Below are positions 29,460 through 39,328 of a stretch of 64,000 bases of DNA, piece by piece; position 1 is the first letter of the stretch; the number at the start of each line of letters is the position of its first letter. The notes under the pieces are model-generated. The model was given only the letters and a program-made list of their open reading frames with translations. It did not search any database and was not told the DNA's origin. This DNA is from Candidatus Cloacimonadales bacterium (GTDB lineage Bacteria > Cloacimonadota > Cloacimonadia > Cloacimonadales > JAFGVF01). The stretch is from contig CAXXOU010000004.1 of assembly GCA_963677495.2 (NCBI GenBank), positions 1,088,001 to 1,152,000 on the forward strand, read 5' to 3'. A program made the translations under genes and the position numbers.

Positions 29460-30749
29460 CTATTTCTCCTGTTTATATTTCTTTGCTAATTTTTCTTCAA
29501 TATCTTTTGCTGCTTGATTGAGAGCTTCCATAGGGTCAATTAATCCATTAATAACTCTTTCAAGCACTTGTTCTTCCAGGTCTTTTCTTGCATTATACCA
29601 TTCGGCAAACTGAGGTTCTGTTGTTGCAAATTGCAACTGACCGTAAACCTGTGCAAGCGATTCATTGCCTTCAAGCATACCTTTTATGGTATCTGTTTCT
29701 AAGGCACTCTTTCGTACCGGCATATAATTAGTCAATTTTGACCATTTAGCTGTTGCTTCTGTATCAGAGAACCACTTGATAAATTCCCAAGCAGCTCTTT
29801 CTCTTTCAGTGATTCCACTTTTGAAGATAGCAACATTGGTACCACTAATAATATTCTTCTTAGTTCTGTAGTGAGGAATCGGTGCCATACCCATGTTAAA
29901 GAGGAACTTTTGTTTCTTCATAAACACGATAGAAACAGAGGAACCTTCATACATACCAACTTTCTCAGCTAAGAAGTCATTTTGACCTTCGAAACCGGAA
30001 ACAGTATAAACGCTCTTGTCTTCATTCAATAAAGTACAAATGAAATCAAGAGCTTCACCTCCGGCGGGAGAGTTAAATGCAGGGGTTAAACCATCTTCTT
30101 GCATGATTGAACCACCGGCTTGAACAAGTAAGTTCTCGAATTGCCAGGCACTGACATTCATGTTTGTACCATAAGTATCAGTTACGCCATCACCATCGAG
30201 GTCTTTAGTAAGTTTATTGCAATAATGTCTAAAGTCTTCCCAAGTCTCAGGAGGAGTATTAGGGTCTAAACCATTTCTAATAAAAGCATCTTTATTATAA
30301 TAGAGAAGTCGTACGCTCTTATTGAAAGGCATAGAGTAAAGCTTTCCGTTTAAAGTATTTGAATGGATAAAGACTGGGAATATATCCTGCATATCTTCAT
30401 CGGTCATCTCCGGATCATTAGCAATCATATTATCAAGGTTAACAAGAACATCACCTTCAACAAAGTTTGCAGTCCAGGACTCAAAAACCTGAGCTACATC
30501 CGGTTGCTTATTAGCTTGGATAGACGCCATCAACTTCTGAGATAAAGCCTGATAGTTCCCTACAGATATAGATCTGACAAATATACTATCTTGGCTCATG
30601 TTAAAATCAAGTACAAGCTCGTTTAAAGCCTCTCCTAAAGGTCCACCCATTGCATGCCAGAAGATAATCTCAGTCTTTGCACTTTTAGTTTTTTGGCTAC
30701 AACCGAGCATAAGCCCAACCAATACTAGTAGGTATATTATCTTTCTCAT
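29460..30749 (-). CDS. ABC transporter substrate-binding lipoprotein (sugar/glycerol-3-P family)
   Basis: Lipobox MLGC, FWHAMGG, PFNKS..LYYNKD, YMPVRKSA. Confidence 0.9.
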   Translation of the reverse strand: MRKIIYLLVLVGLMLGCSQKTKSAKTEIIFWHAMGGPLGEALNELVLDFNMSQDSIFVRSISVGNYQALSQKLMASIQANKQPDVAQVFESWTANFVEGDVLVNLDNMIANDPEMTDEDMQDIFPVFIHSNTLNGKLYSMPFNKSVRLLYYNKDAFIRNGLDPNTPPETWEDFRHYCNKLTKDLDGDGVTDTYGTNMNVSAWQFENLLVQAGGSIMQEDGLTPAFNSPAGGEALDFICTLLNEDKSVYTVSGFEGQNDFLAEKVGMYEGSSVSIVFMKKQKFLFNMGMAPIPHYRTKKNIISGTNVAIFKSGITERERAAWEFIKWFSDTEATAKWSKLTNYMPVRKSALETDTIKGMLEGNESLAQVYGQLQFATTEPQFAEWYNARKDLEEQVLERVINGLIDPMEALNQAAKDIEEKLAKKYKQEK

Positions 30750-30950
30750 TTCTTCTCCATTAGTTTACATTATAATCAACTTGCTAATAATTATCAGAAT
30801 AATCTCCAGTCAAATAATTTTTCTGTTGAGATATAAGGGCATTTACATATTATATTTATTCAATACAGAGATTTCTAGTAGTTCCCAACAATTGAAAGAG
30901 ACTTTTTACTACCAATTTACAGTAGGAAACCTTACAGCAATGTGCTAAAT

Positions 30951-31035
30951 AACCACGTGCAAACCACGGGTTATCCACGCTCAAACCACGCGAGCCGTGG
31001 TCAACCCGTGGTTTACACGTGGTTAACCCGTGGTA
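30951..31035. repeat. 11-bp-period palindromic array 4xCCACG + 4xCGTGG
   Basis: CCACG at 30953, 30964, 30975, 30986; CGTGG at 30996, 31007, 31018, 31029. Confidence 0.92.
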
Positions 31036-31156
31036 AGGTTTGACAATGGTATCTCACATGCATTAAATCACAAAGTAGGATTTATTCTTCATAAAACAGA
31101 TAAGATATTAGTTGTAAAAAAGATATGATTTGAGCAGTAATTAATTGTCGGAATAT

Positions 31157-32098
31157 TTAATAATATCTAACTTTCAATCTTATTCCGTTACCGGGAAACT
31201 CTCCAACAGTATACCCTTTTGAGAACATTACATAAAGTTGATCCTGATTCATAAGAGCGTTATCCAACTCGGTAGTTTGAAATAAGACTTTTCCATCTTC
31301 TTTAGGTTCAATCTTTACTTTAGTATAATCGAGTACTTTTCTGCCTTTGCCTGCTCTTGGTTCAATTGCGAGTATAAAGTAACCTTCAACTGCAACGTTA
31401 AGAGAATTATGCACTTCAGCAACCAAATCTCCGGCATTCTTCTCTCCTGCTAATTCATGAATGAAAGAATCCTTTTCCCATCCGGGTGCTATTTCAACAC
31501 TCTTTTTAAGAAAGATAGTTGTATCATCAATCCAACGTCCTGAATAAGCAACAGCAGATCTAAATCCACCCCAATATGATAATGAACGCTTATGCCAAGA
31601 TTTTAGTGCAGGGTCGTTAACTTTGTATGAAGAAGGTTTATAGAGTTGCCCGGATCGTTCAGTAACTAATACCCAATGCCCTTTACCACGACCAACTTTA
31701 ACAATAACCTTGTTACCAACAGCAAGGTGACGAGCTAAGAAGCGCCAATCATTCCTTTTCCAGGAACGCTCTTCGAACTCCATGCCATTTAAGAGTCCGT
31801 CAAATTTAGGTGGTACTTCCAGAATCATGTCAGCATTGATGAATCCATGATGTTTCCTTAACCACCAATTGAGATTGCGTGGAGTTACCTCTTTAGTTCC
31901 GGCTTCAGCGTTCAACATCATGGCAATACAGGATAGAACGCATCCGCTTTTAGCAATAGAGATAGATTTGGAATATCCCAGTTTGAGATGTTTCCAATCA
32001 GGATCTGACTGTGAATACCAGTTAAAGCTTTGAGCATTCACATTCAGAATCATAAAGAGGAATACAATAGTCCCCGCAATTACATATAATCTCTTCAT
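31157..32098 (-). CDS. Secreted C39-like cysteine peptidase
   Basis: Signal peptide; SQSDPDW, SGCVLSCIAM, GHWVLV, VNDP. Confidence 0.78.
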   Translation of the reverse strand: MKRLYVIAGTIVFLFMILNVNAQSFNWYSQSDPDWKHLKLGYSKSISIAKSGCVLSCIAMMLNAEAGTKEVTPRNLNWWLRKHHGFINADMILEVPPKFDGLLNGMEFEERSWKRNDWRFLARHLAVGNKVIVKVGRGKGHWVLVTERSGQLYKPSSYKVNDPALKSWHKRSLSYWGGFRSAVAYSGRWIDDTTIFLKKSVEIAPGWEKDSFIHELAGEKNAGDLVAEVHNSLNVAVEGYFILAIEPRAGKGRKVLDYTKVKIEPKEDGKVLFQTTELDNALMNQDQLYVMFSKGYTVGEFPGNGIRLKVRYY

Positions 32099-32290
32099 TT
32101 TGAAACAAAAATCTTGCACCTGTATATTAGTCAATATTTTAAATATATTCTAGGCTAATTTTGCCAGTAATCGTTATTGGAGTAACTCATAATTAGTAAA
32201 AAGATTACAGAAATGCAAAAGATTGATTGACACATAATATATATAGGATTAGATAAAGACATGAAATTAAAATCAGAAAAGGGTACAACC

Positions 32291-33520
32291 ATGAAGAAAC
32301 TAGTACTTCCAATTTTTATTATTTTAAGTAGTATGCTGTTTGCCACTGATAGTCATGGTGTTTTCACATTCCAAGATTATACAATGAATGACAGAGCTGC
32401 ACTAATATTCGGAGAGCATTCAACAGATCCGGTAAGTCTGGGTATGGGTTCAACTGACATACTCAATTCAACTGATGCTAGTGCATTGTTTTATAATCCG
32501 GCTAACATGGGATACTCAAGTACGCCGAATATTAACGCAGTGTTTAAACTAAACTTTGGTAGTCAATTTAATGAACTCTCGAAGTACAACCAACTTGTTG
32601 ATGATCAGAACATTGATTATGATGCAAAATTCAAACTAGCTCAAGCTGCTTTTCTCGTTCCATTTGACATGTTGTTTAACATGCGTCTTGCTGTAGCTGC
32701 CGGTTGGAAAACTAAGTATGATATGGCTTATAATAAAGAATATGAAAATCTAATGGACTACACAGTTTCAGAGGAACATCATGGTGGATTCAATGTTATG
32801 TCCTTTGGTACAGCATTGAGTATCTTTAAGATCTGGTCATTAGGTGTCACCTATAACAGAAACCTCGCCAGTAGTTTCGAAGCAGACCTTACTCATGAAA
32901 GTGAAAACATCGATCCAATCACTTTCGATCCTGAAGGTGACCTTGAAGGTGATTTCTTCAAGTTTGGGGCTACAATGGATTTTTCAGGGATGTTTACTGC
33001 AGCTGTGACTTATCAGCCTGAGTACACAATCGAATATGATGAAAAGAATAGTAATCTTACTGATTTTGACATAGAAATACCATCAGAAGTAGGTCTAGGC
33101 CTAACGTTCTATCATGATTACTTCAAATTCACTGGTGAGTTTAGAACAAAATACTTCTCCGAATATAAAATAGATGGTGATTTCTTTAATGACAATACAA
33201 ACGATGGTTTTGGTGTTAGATTAGGAATGCAGTTTAATACTATCTACCCAACTAGAATTGGTTTCAGGTATGAAAACGAACGTTTCTACGATAGAGAGAT
33301 TAACTACAATGTTACTGATTTATCCAATGAAACTAATTTCATGTACGGTTTTTCTGGTGGACTTTCAGTTCCTTTCGATCGTAATTCATCATTTGATGTT
33401 GGTTTTGAGTATGGTTATATCTCATGGGAAGATTATATAAATGAAGCTAATACTAACTACAAAACTGAATCCACACTACATAACTTCGTATTATTGATTG
33501 GTCTGAACTTTGGTATCTAG
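32291..33520 (+). CDS. Outer-membrane protein, FadL/OmpP1-like barrel
   Basis: Signal peptide, SLGMG, ALFYNPA, beta-rich, aromatic C-terminus. Confidence 0.75.
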   Translation: MKKLVLPIFIILSSMLFATDSHGVFTFQDYTMNDRAALIFGEHSTDPVSLGMGSTDILNSTDASALFYNPANMGYSSTPNINAVFKLNFGSQFNELSKYNQLVDDQNIDYDAKFKLAQAAFLVPFDMLFNMRLAVAAGWKTKYDMAYNKEYENLMDYTVSEEHHGGFNVMSFGTALSIFKIWSLGVTYNRNLASSFEADLTHESENIDPITFDPEGDLEGDFFKFGATMDFSGMFTAAVTYQPEYTIEYDEKNSNLTDFDIEIPSEVGLGLTFYHDYFKFTGEFRTKYFSEYKIDGDFFNDNTNDGFGVRLGMQFNTIYPTRIGFRYENERFYDREINYNVTDLSNETNFMYGFSGGLSVPFDRNSSFDVGFEYGYISWEDYINEANTNYKTESTLHNFVLLIGLNFGI

Positions 33521-33537
33521 TATATAGATAGATTATG

Positions 33538-33603
33538 AGACCTGCTATTTTTAAGCAGGTCTTTTTTGTTTATAAGAAAAGCTACCTCGATCGAGGTAGC
33601 TTT
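33538..33603. terminator. Pair of terminators between convergent genes
   Basis: AGACCTGCT/AGCAGGTCT+T run; AAAGCTACCTCG/CGAGGTAGCTTT. Confidence 0.8.
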
Positions 33604-33624
33604 AATCTATCGAAAAGAAATTAC

Positions 33625-34161
33625 CTATTTAGTAATTTCCATTCCTCTCTGAATAGCAATAAGATTCATTTCTAGAAGAGCAGGATTCTTCTTCTCAAGG
33701 AAAGAAGTAAGGTCTTCTTTGATTGTCTCATATTTGATGAGTCCTGTTTTACCGATAATCATACCGATAGAAACCATATTAAGAACCTTCTGAGAACCAA
33801 TCTCTTTAGCAATTTCAGACATGTTAGCTTCAACGATATCAACATCATCTCTGTTAAGAGCATTTGGACACATATCTTTGTTGACGATAATAAGGCCACC
33901 CTCTCTTACGTCCGGACCAAATTTGTCCAATGATGGTTGATTAAGAGCTACAAGGATATCTGGGAAAGATACGATTGGTGAAGCAACAGGATTATCTGAG
34001 ATAACAGCTGATACGTTTGCTGTTCCACCACGCATTTCAGGACCATATGATGGTAACCAAGATACGTTCTTTCCTTCTTTCATTCCAGCTTTAGCAAGGA
34101 ATTTACCGATTGTGAGTGAACCCTGTCCACCGAATCCGGAGCAGATAATTTCACATTTCAT
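33625..34161 (-). CDS. 2-oxoacid:ferredoxin oxidoreductase gamma subunit
   Basis: SGFGGQG, PSYGPEMRGGTAN. Confidence 0.93.
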   Translation of the reverse strand: MKCEIICSGFGGQGSLTIGKFLAKAGMKEGKNVSWLPSYGPEMRGGTANVSAVISDNPVASPIVSFPDILVALNQPSLDKFGPDVREGGLIIVNKDMCPNALNRDDVDIVEANMSEIAKEIGSQKVLNMVSIGMIIGKTGLIKYETIKEDLTSFLEKKNPALLEMNLIAIQRGMEITK

Positions 34162-34904
34162 TATTCTTCTCCTTTATCTCTGAATTTTTGTACTTTGAAG
34201 AAAGGTAACATATTCTCTTTAGCCCATGCTAATGATTGAACAGGATCCATTCCCCAGTTAGTTGGACATGTTGAGATAAGCTCAACAAAAGTGAATCCAC
34301 GTCTTTCTTTATTATAGGTAAGAGCTTTCTTCACAGCTTTTTTGGCTTTCATAATATCCTGAGGAGTGAGAAGAGATACACGCTCAATATAATATGGAGC
34401 AATAAGTGTATTAAGCATCTCACAAACCTGAATTGGATGTCCGATATCATCTGTATCTCTACCATATGGTGAAGTAGTAGTCTTCATACCCGGAAGAGAT
34501 GTTGGAGCCATCTGACCGCCTGTCATACCGTAAATAGCGTTGTTTACGAAGAAAACAGTCATGTTCTCACCACGGTTAGCTGCATGAACGATTTCAGCAG
34601 TACCAATAGCTGCAAGGTCACCATCGCCTTGATATGTGAACACTTGCATTTCAGGTCTAGCTCTGAGCATACCTGTAGCAACAGCAGGAGCTCTACCATG
34701 AGCAGCCTGAGCCATGTCAAAATCAAAGAATTTATAAGCAAAAACAGAACAACCAACTGGTGCTACACCTGTAGCTGTATTCTGAATGCCGAGTTCATCA
34801 ATAGCTTCAGCTACAAGACGATGAGCAACACCGTGCAAGCAACCTGGGCAATATGTAAATTGAAGATCAGTAAGTGATTTAGGTCTTGATGCAATAACTT
34901 CCAT
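34161..34904 (-). CDS. 2-oxoacid:ferredoxin oxidoreductase beta (TPP-binding) subunit
   Basis: YCPGC, QGDGD, NNAIYGMTGGQ, CPTNW. Confidence 0.93.
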   Translation of the reverse strand: MEVIASRPKSLTDLQFTYCPGCLHGVAHRLVAEAIDELGIQNTATGVAPVGCSVFAYKFFDFDMAQAAHGRAPAVATGMLRARPEMQVFTYQGDGDLAAIGTAEIVHAANRGENMTVFFVNNAIYGMTGGQMAPTSLPGMKTTTSPYGRDTDDIGHPIQVCEMLNTLIAPYYIERVSLLTPQDIMKAKKAVKKALTYNKERRGFTFVELISTCPTNWGMDPVQSLAWAKENMLPFFKVQKFRDKGEE

Positions 34905-34913
34905 TAGAACCTC

Positions 34914-35993
34914 CTATAATTTCTCTAAAAGCTGCTGTTTCACTTCTGCTGGAGTGAATACAATACCGCCAACTTTGCCGTAGAATTCAACCGGAACTTT
35001 ACCGGCTACAGCAATCTTCACATCATCAAGCATCTGACCAAGATTTAACTCAAATACATGAACGAGTTTAGTCTTAGCTGTGATTCTTTTTGCAATCTGC
35101 TCATATGGGAAAGGCCATACAGTGATAGGACGGATAAGTCCAACATTGTGTCCTTCTTCTTTGAGCTCATCAATAGCGGATTTAACAACTCTTGAAGCTG
35201 TACCGAATGATACACAGAGGATCTCATTGTCATCATTCACATTATATTCTTCGAAAAGAAGTTCATTCTTTTCAATAACTTTATATTTTCTTTCTAACTC
35301 TTCAACATGCTCTTCAAGAACCTTAGGGTCGATTTCAAGAGAGTTGATTTCGTTATGGTGATGTCCGGGACCATCAACGTTAGGGTTGATACACCAATCA
35401 TTATGCTGTTTATCTAACTCAGCGATCTGAGCATCAGTTAATGGCTCTTTGAACTCTACAGGTTCCATCATCTGACCAAGCATACCGTCAGAAAGAATCA
35501 TAACAGGGTTACGATATTTGTCTGCTAAGTCGAAAGAAAGAGAAGCCATATCAGCGAATTCCTGAACTGAACTAGGAGCAAGAACGATAAGTCTATAGTC
35601 ACCATGTCCACCACCTTTACAAGCTTGGAAATAGTCACCTTGAGCAGGCTGGATATCACCAAGACCAGGTCCACCACGCTGTACGTTCACAATAACAGCA
35701 GGTAAGTTAGCACCGGCACAATATGAGATACCTTCCATTTTGAGTGAGATACCGGGTGAAGATGAAGAGGTCATAACTCTTTTACCTGAACCGGCAGCTC
35801 CATATACCATGTTAATAGCAGAAACTTCAGACTCAGCCTGAAGGAAACAGCCATCAACTTTCGGCATCATTCTAGACATATATTCAATCAATTCACTTTG
35901 TGGTGTAATAGGATAAGCAAAGTATAATCTACAACCTGCTCTAATAGCCGCTTCAGCAACTGCCTCATTACCTTTCATTAAAATTTTAGCCAT
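34914..35993 (-). CDS. vorB: 2-oxoacid:ferredoxin oxidoreductase alpha subunit (VorB-like)
   Basis: MKGNEA, YPITPQSE, SSSSPGISL, GGGHGDY. Confidence 0.9.
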   Translation of the reverse strand: MAKILMKGNEAVAEAAIRAGCRLYFAYPITPQSELIEYMSRMMPKVDGCFLQAESEVSAINMVYGAAGSGKRVMTSSSSPGISLKMEGISYCAGANLPAVIVNVQRGGPGLGDIQPAQGDYFQACKGGGHGDYRLIVLAPSSVQEFADMASLSFDLADKYRNPVMILSDGMLGQMMEPVEFKEPLTDAQIAELDKQHNDWCINPNVDGPGHHHNEINSLEIDPKVLEEHVEELERKYKVIEKNELLFEEYNVNDDNEILCVSFGTASRVVKSAIDELKEEGHNVGLIRPITVWPFPYEQIAKRITAKTKLVHVFELNLGQMLDDVKIAVAGKVPVEFYGKVGGIVFTPAEVKQQLLEKL

Positions 35994-36003
35994 ATCATTC
36001 TCC

Positions 36004-36207
36004 TTACTTTTCGACAGTAATAGCTACATCAGGACATGTTAAGTAGCACATTTTACATGCTATACATTTTTCCTGATCAATGCATTCAGCATAGTGATAA
36101 CCTTTAGAGTTTATGTTCTCAGAAAATTGAATAATCTTCTTAGGACATGCTTGAATACAGAGTCCGCAACCTTTGCAATACTCTGGATTAACTGTCATTC
36201 TTGCCAT
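36004..36207 (-). CDS. 2x[4Fe-4S] ferredoxin (delta subunit)
   Basis: CKGCGLCIQACP and CIACKMCYLTCP. Confidence 0.95.
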   Translation of the reverse strand: MARMTVNPEYCKGCGLCIQACPKKIIQFSENINSKGYHYAECIDQEKCIACKMCYLTCPDVAITVEK

Positions 36208-36232
36208 AAGTTACTCCTTCTAATATATAAAT

Positions 36233-37462
36233 TTATATTTCTCTTTTTAAAAGTCTTGTTAGTCTGCCAATACCTTCAACATTCTGCTCATTAGTTGCAT
36301 AAGAGAAGTTAATACGCATTGTATTTGTTCCTGAACCATCGCAGAAGAAAGATTGTCCGGCAACGAAGGCAACATTCTCTTCTTTAATAGCTTTCTTAAG
36401 CAGATCATTAGTGTTTATCTTCTCAGGTAATGTAACCATCAAGAATAACCCACCCTCAGGCTGAGTCCATTTAACACCATCAGGCATCTCTGCATCAAAC
36501 ATATCAAGCATAGTCTTCTGCTTAGCACTATACATTTTGATAATCTTCTGAATGTTAGTATCTAATAATCCTTTTTCAAGGTATCTGGCAGCAATGCGTT
36601 GATTAAATGGAGGAGTACAAAGGTCAGTAGCCTGTTTTGCAACAACAAACTTGTCTACGATCTCAGGATCTGCAATTACCCAACCAATTCTAAAGCCGGG
36701 AACGAAGAGTTTTGAGAATGTACCAAGCAACATTACATGACCGGTTCCATCGAGTTCATACATTGTTTTCTGGTGTTCACCGGTGAAACGAAGCTCTCTA
36801 TATGGGCTATCTTCAAGGATAAGAACATCATACTTATGAGCGATGTCAATAATCTCTTTTCTTCTCTTTTCGCTCATTGTAATACCAGCAGGATTCTGGA
36901 AATCAGGGATTACATAGATGAATTTAGGCTTAATGTTATTCGCCTGTAACTCTTGAAGTTTCTTCTCTAGAAGTTCTGCACTCATTCCATCATCATCAAG
37001 TGGAATACCTTCCATCTTTGCACCGTATGAGTTAAATGCACTGAGTCCACCAAGATACGATGGTAAACCAACTAAAATTGTGTCACCACGATTAATGAAA
37101 ATCTTTGCAACTAAGTCCAATGCCTGCTGTGATGCAGTTGTGATAATAAGATTGTCTGTAGTAATATCCAAACCTTGTCTTTTATATCTACAAACAAGCT
37201 GTTCTCTAAGAAGATTGTCACCTTCTGTTGCACCATATTGCATTGCTTTTCCGGCTTCAACTTCATTATCCATTAACTCACACATAATTTGCTTGAGTTC
37301 TGCTCTTGGAAAAGAACTTGGAGCAGGTAAACCACCGGCAAATGAAATGATTTCAGGTCTCGCTACAAGCTTAAGAAGCTCTCTTATCGCTGATCTTTTC
37401 ATACCTTTAACGCCAACTGAAAGAGCGCTGTTTAAGTCCTTAATCATCTTGTTCCTCCTCAA
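36233..37462 (-). CDS. PLP-dependent aminotransferase class I (LysN/aromatic type)
   Basis: SAIRELL, ISFAGGLP, FQNPAG, EDSPY, TFSK..PGFRIGW; start may be at 37447. Confidence 0.93.
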   Translation of the reverse strand: MRRNKMIKDLNSALSVGVKGMKRSAIRELLKLVARPEIISFAGGLPAPSSFPRAELKQIMCELMDNEVEAGKAMQYGATEGDNLLREQLVCRYKRQGLDITTDNLIITTASQQALDLVAKIFINRGDTILVGLPSYLGGLSAFNSYGAKMEGIPLDDDGMSAELLEKKLQELQANNIKPKFIYVIPDFQNPAGITMSEKRRKEIIDIAHKYDVLILEDSPYRELRFTGEHQKTMYELDGTGHVMLLGTFSKLFVPGFRIGWVIADPEIVDKFVVAKQATDLCTPPFNQRIAARYLEKGLLDTNIQKIIKMYSAKQKTMLDMFDAEMPDGVKWTQPEGGLFLMVTLPEKINTNDLLKKAIKEENVAFVAGQSFFCDGSGTNTMRINFSYATNEQNVEGIGRLTRLLKREI

Positions 37463-37647
37463 TCTATTTTTTTTGATTAAAATCGATAAATGCTCAATAT
37501 TAAACTTTCGTTTAAGAAATTGCTTTTTAAATAATTAGTCAACCTTTTTTCAACTTTAAAGGAAGTTTTTTACATGACCCTTTTTACACTGATTTACATG
37601 ACAACATACATCTACCTAAATAACACTCAGTTAGCTTTTTGTTAAGA

Positions 37648-38928
37648 TTAGGAATGAATATATTTCATCTGCTTAAATTTTGTTATTTGCTCCGTAACAT
37701 CCCTCAATAATACCTTGTCTGCACGAACAGTTAAATGGAACTCTTCATTCTCTTCATCACAATCAAGTGAAACTATCTCAGCCCTTTTTTCAATAAAGCT
37801 TATCAGCTTCTCCATCTGAAGAGGAATACGGAGAACTTGCTCTTGTTTTCGATTCTCAAGTAATGAGCAAATGAATTCGAGTGTATCTTCTGCAAAATCT
37901 TTTGAAATAGCTGAAACAAAGATACTTCTTTTGAACTCCTCTTTCAACTGCTTCTTCAGAAGTTTGTATCCCATACCACCAACTAAGTCGATTTTGTTAA
38001 ACACATAACAAACAGGGACATGAGCTGCTCCAATCTCTTTCAAAACACTATTCACAGCTTTTATATTCTCTCTGAAATCAGGATCAGATAAATCCACTAC
38101 ATGCAATAAAAGATCGGCATTAATAACTTCTACAAGTGTTGAATGAAATGATTCAACCAAGCAGTGTGGCAATTGCTTGATAAAGCCAATCGTGTCAGTC
38201 AGAATGGACTGATTGCCTTTAGGTACAGGTATATATCTTGACGATGGGTCTAAAGTAGCAAAGAGCTGATTAGCTACAAAGGCATTAGACTTAGTAAGGT
38301 TGTTAAAAAGTGTTGATTTACCTGCATTTGTGTAACCTACAAGAGAAATTACTTTAAATGCATTACGCTTTTTCCTTTTAGTGTAAGTAGTTTTACGTAC
38401 TTCTTCAAGCTTATTCTTCAAGTGTTGAGTACGCTTTTGAATCAGTCGCCTATCGATTTCAATCTGCTTTTCACCCGGACCTCTGGTACCAATACCACCC
38501 TCAATTCTTGAAAGATGCTTCCAAAGATGTTTCAATCTGGAATAGTTATATTCTAACTGTGCCAGTTCAACCTGGAGCTTCGCCATCTTTGTTCTGGCAT
38601 GGGTAGCAAAAATATCAAGAATGAGCTGGGTTCTATCTATAACCTTACATCCTGATAGATTAGTAATATTCTTTGCTTGGGATTGACTTAAGTCATCGTT
38701 AAAAATCAGGGTATTAACTTCCCTGATTTTACAAATATTTGTAATCTCTTCTAACTTACCTTTACCAATATAATAAACCGGGTTGGGCTTCTCGAAGGTT
38801 TGCACAATCTCAGCAACAACCTCTACTCCGGCTGTTTCACTCAACATCCTGAGTTCAGTCATACGTCGCTTATAATTATGTCTTTTTACCTCTTTGAGAT
38901 GGCCCCCGATAATAATTACTTTTTCGAT
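37648..38928 (-). CDS. hflX: GTPase HflX (probable non-AUG ATC start at 38928; first ATG at 38862)
   Basis: GPGEKQIEIDRR, GYTNAGKST, LFATLD, DTIGF, NKID. Confidence 0.93.
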   Translation of the reverse strand: MEKVIIIGGHLKEVKRHNYKRRMTELRMLSETAGVEVVAEIVQTFEKPNPVYYIGKGKLEEITNICKIREVNTLIFNDDLSQSQAKNITNLSGCKVIDRTQLILDIFATHARTKMAKLQVELAQLEYNYSRLKHLWKHLSRIEGGIGTRGPGEKQIEIDRRLIQKRTQHLKNKLEEVRKTTYTKRKKRNAFKVISLVGYTNAGKSTLFNNLTKSNAFVANQLFATLDPSSRYIPVPKGNQSILTDTIGFIKQLPHCLVESFHSTLVEVINADLLLHVVDLSDPDFRENIKAVNSVLKEIGAAHVPVCYVFNKIDLVGGMGYKLLKKQLKEEFKRSIFVSAISKDFAEDTLEFICSLLENRKQEQVLRIPLQMEKLISFIEKRAEIVSLDCDEENEEFHLTVRADKVLLRDVTEQITKFKQMKYIHS

Positions 38929-38935
38929 ACTAAGT

Positions 38936-39226
38936 TCACTCCTTTTCGTAAACTAATATCTTTTTATGATCTTCACGCCATTTAAGATAGGCTTGTTTAA
39001 CTTCCAGTTCCCAGAGAGTTCTTTTATCTTCCGATTCAAATGTCAGTATATCAATGTAATGCTTACGGTTATTTCTACCGATAAAAGTCTTCTGAGGTAT
39101 CTCTATTTTGAGATTACCATCTCTACTGATAATTGTCACTTCATTTAGAAAGATACCCGGCATTATCTCTATAACTGCACGAGCCTGAACTATTCCTGTT
39201 GGAACATCACGAAATTTGATTTTCAT
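38936..39226 (-). CDS. Divergent SpoVG-like protein
   Basis: Pattern ARAVIEI..IFLNEVTII...LKIEIPQK....YIDI parallels SpoVG; 96 aa. Confidence 0.6.
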   Translation of the reverse strand: MKIKFRDVPTGIVQARAVIEIMPGIFLNEVTIISRDGNLKIEIPQKTFIGRNNRKHYIDILTFESEDKRTLWELEVKQAYLKWREDHKKILVYEKE

Positions 39227-39328
39227 TACTACGTCCTATTTTTACTTATAAGTTTTAATTAGTAAATTGCTTTCCATAGGTTTAATTGTCAATCAAAATC
39301 TGGTTATTAATTATCCATATTCGGTGTT

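Noticed and set aside
37569..37602. TTTACATGAC direct repeat as operator of the aminotransferase-vor operon
   Set aside because: Only two copies in AT-rich DNA with no cognate regulator nearby; insufficient support
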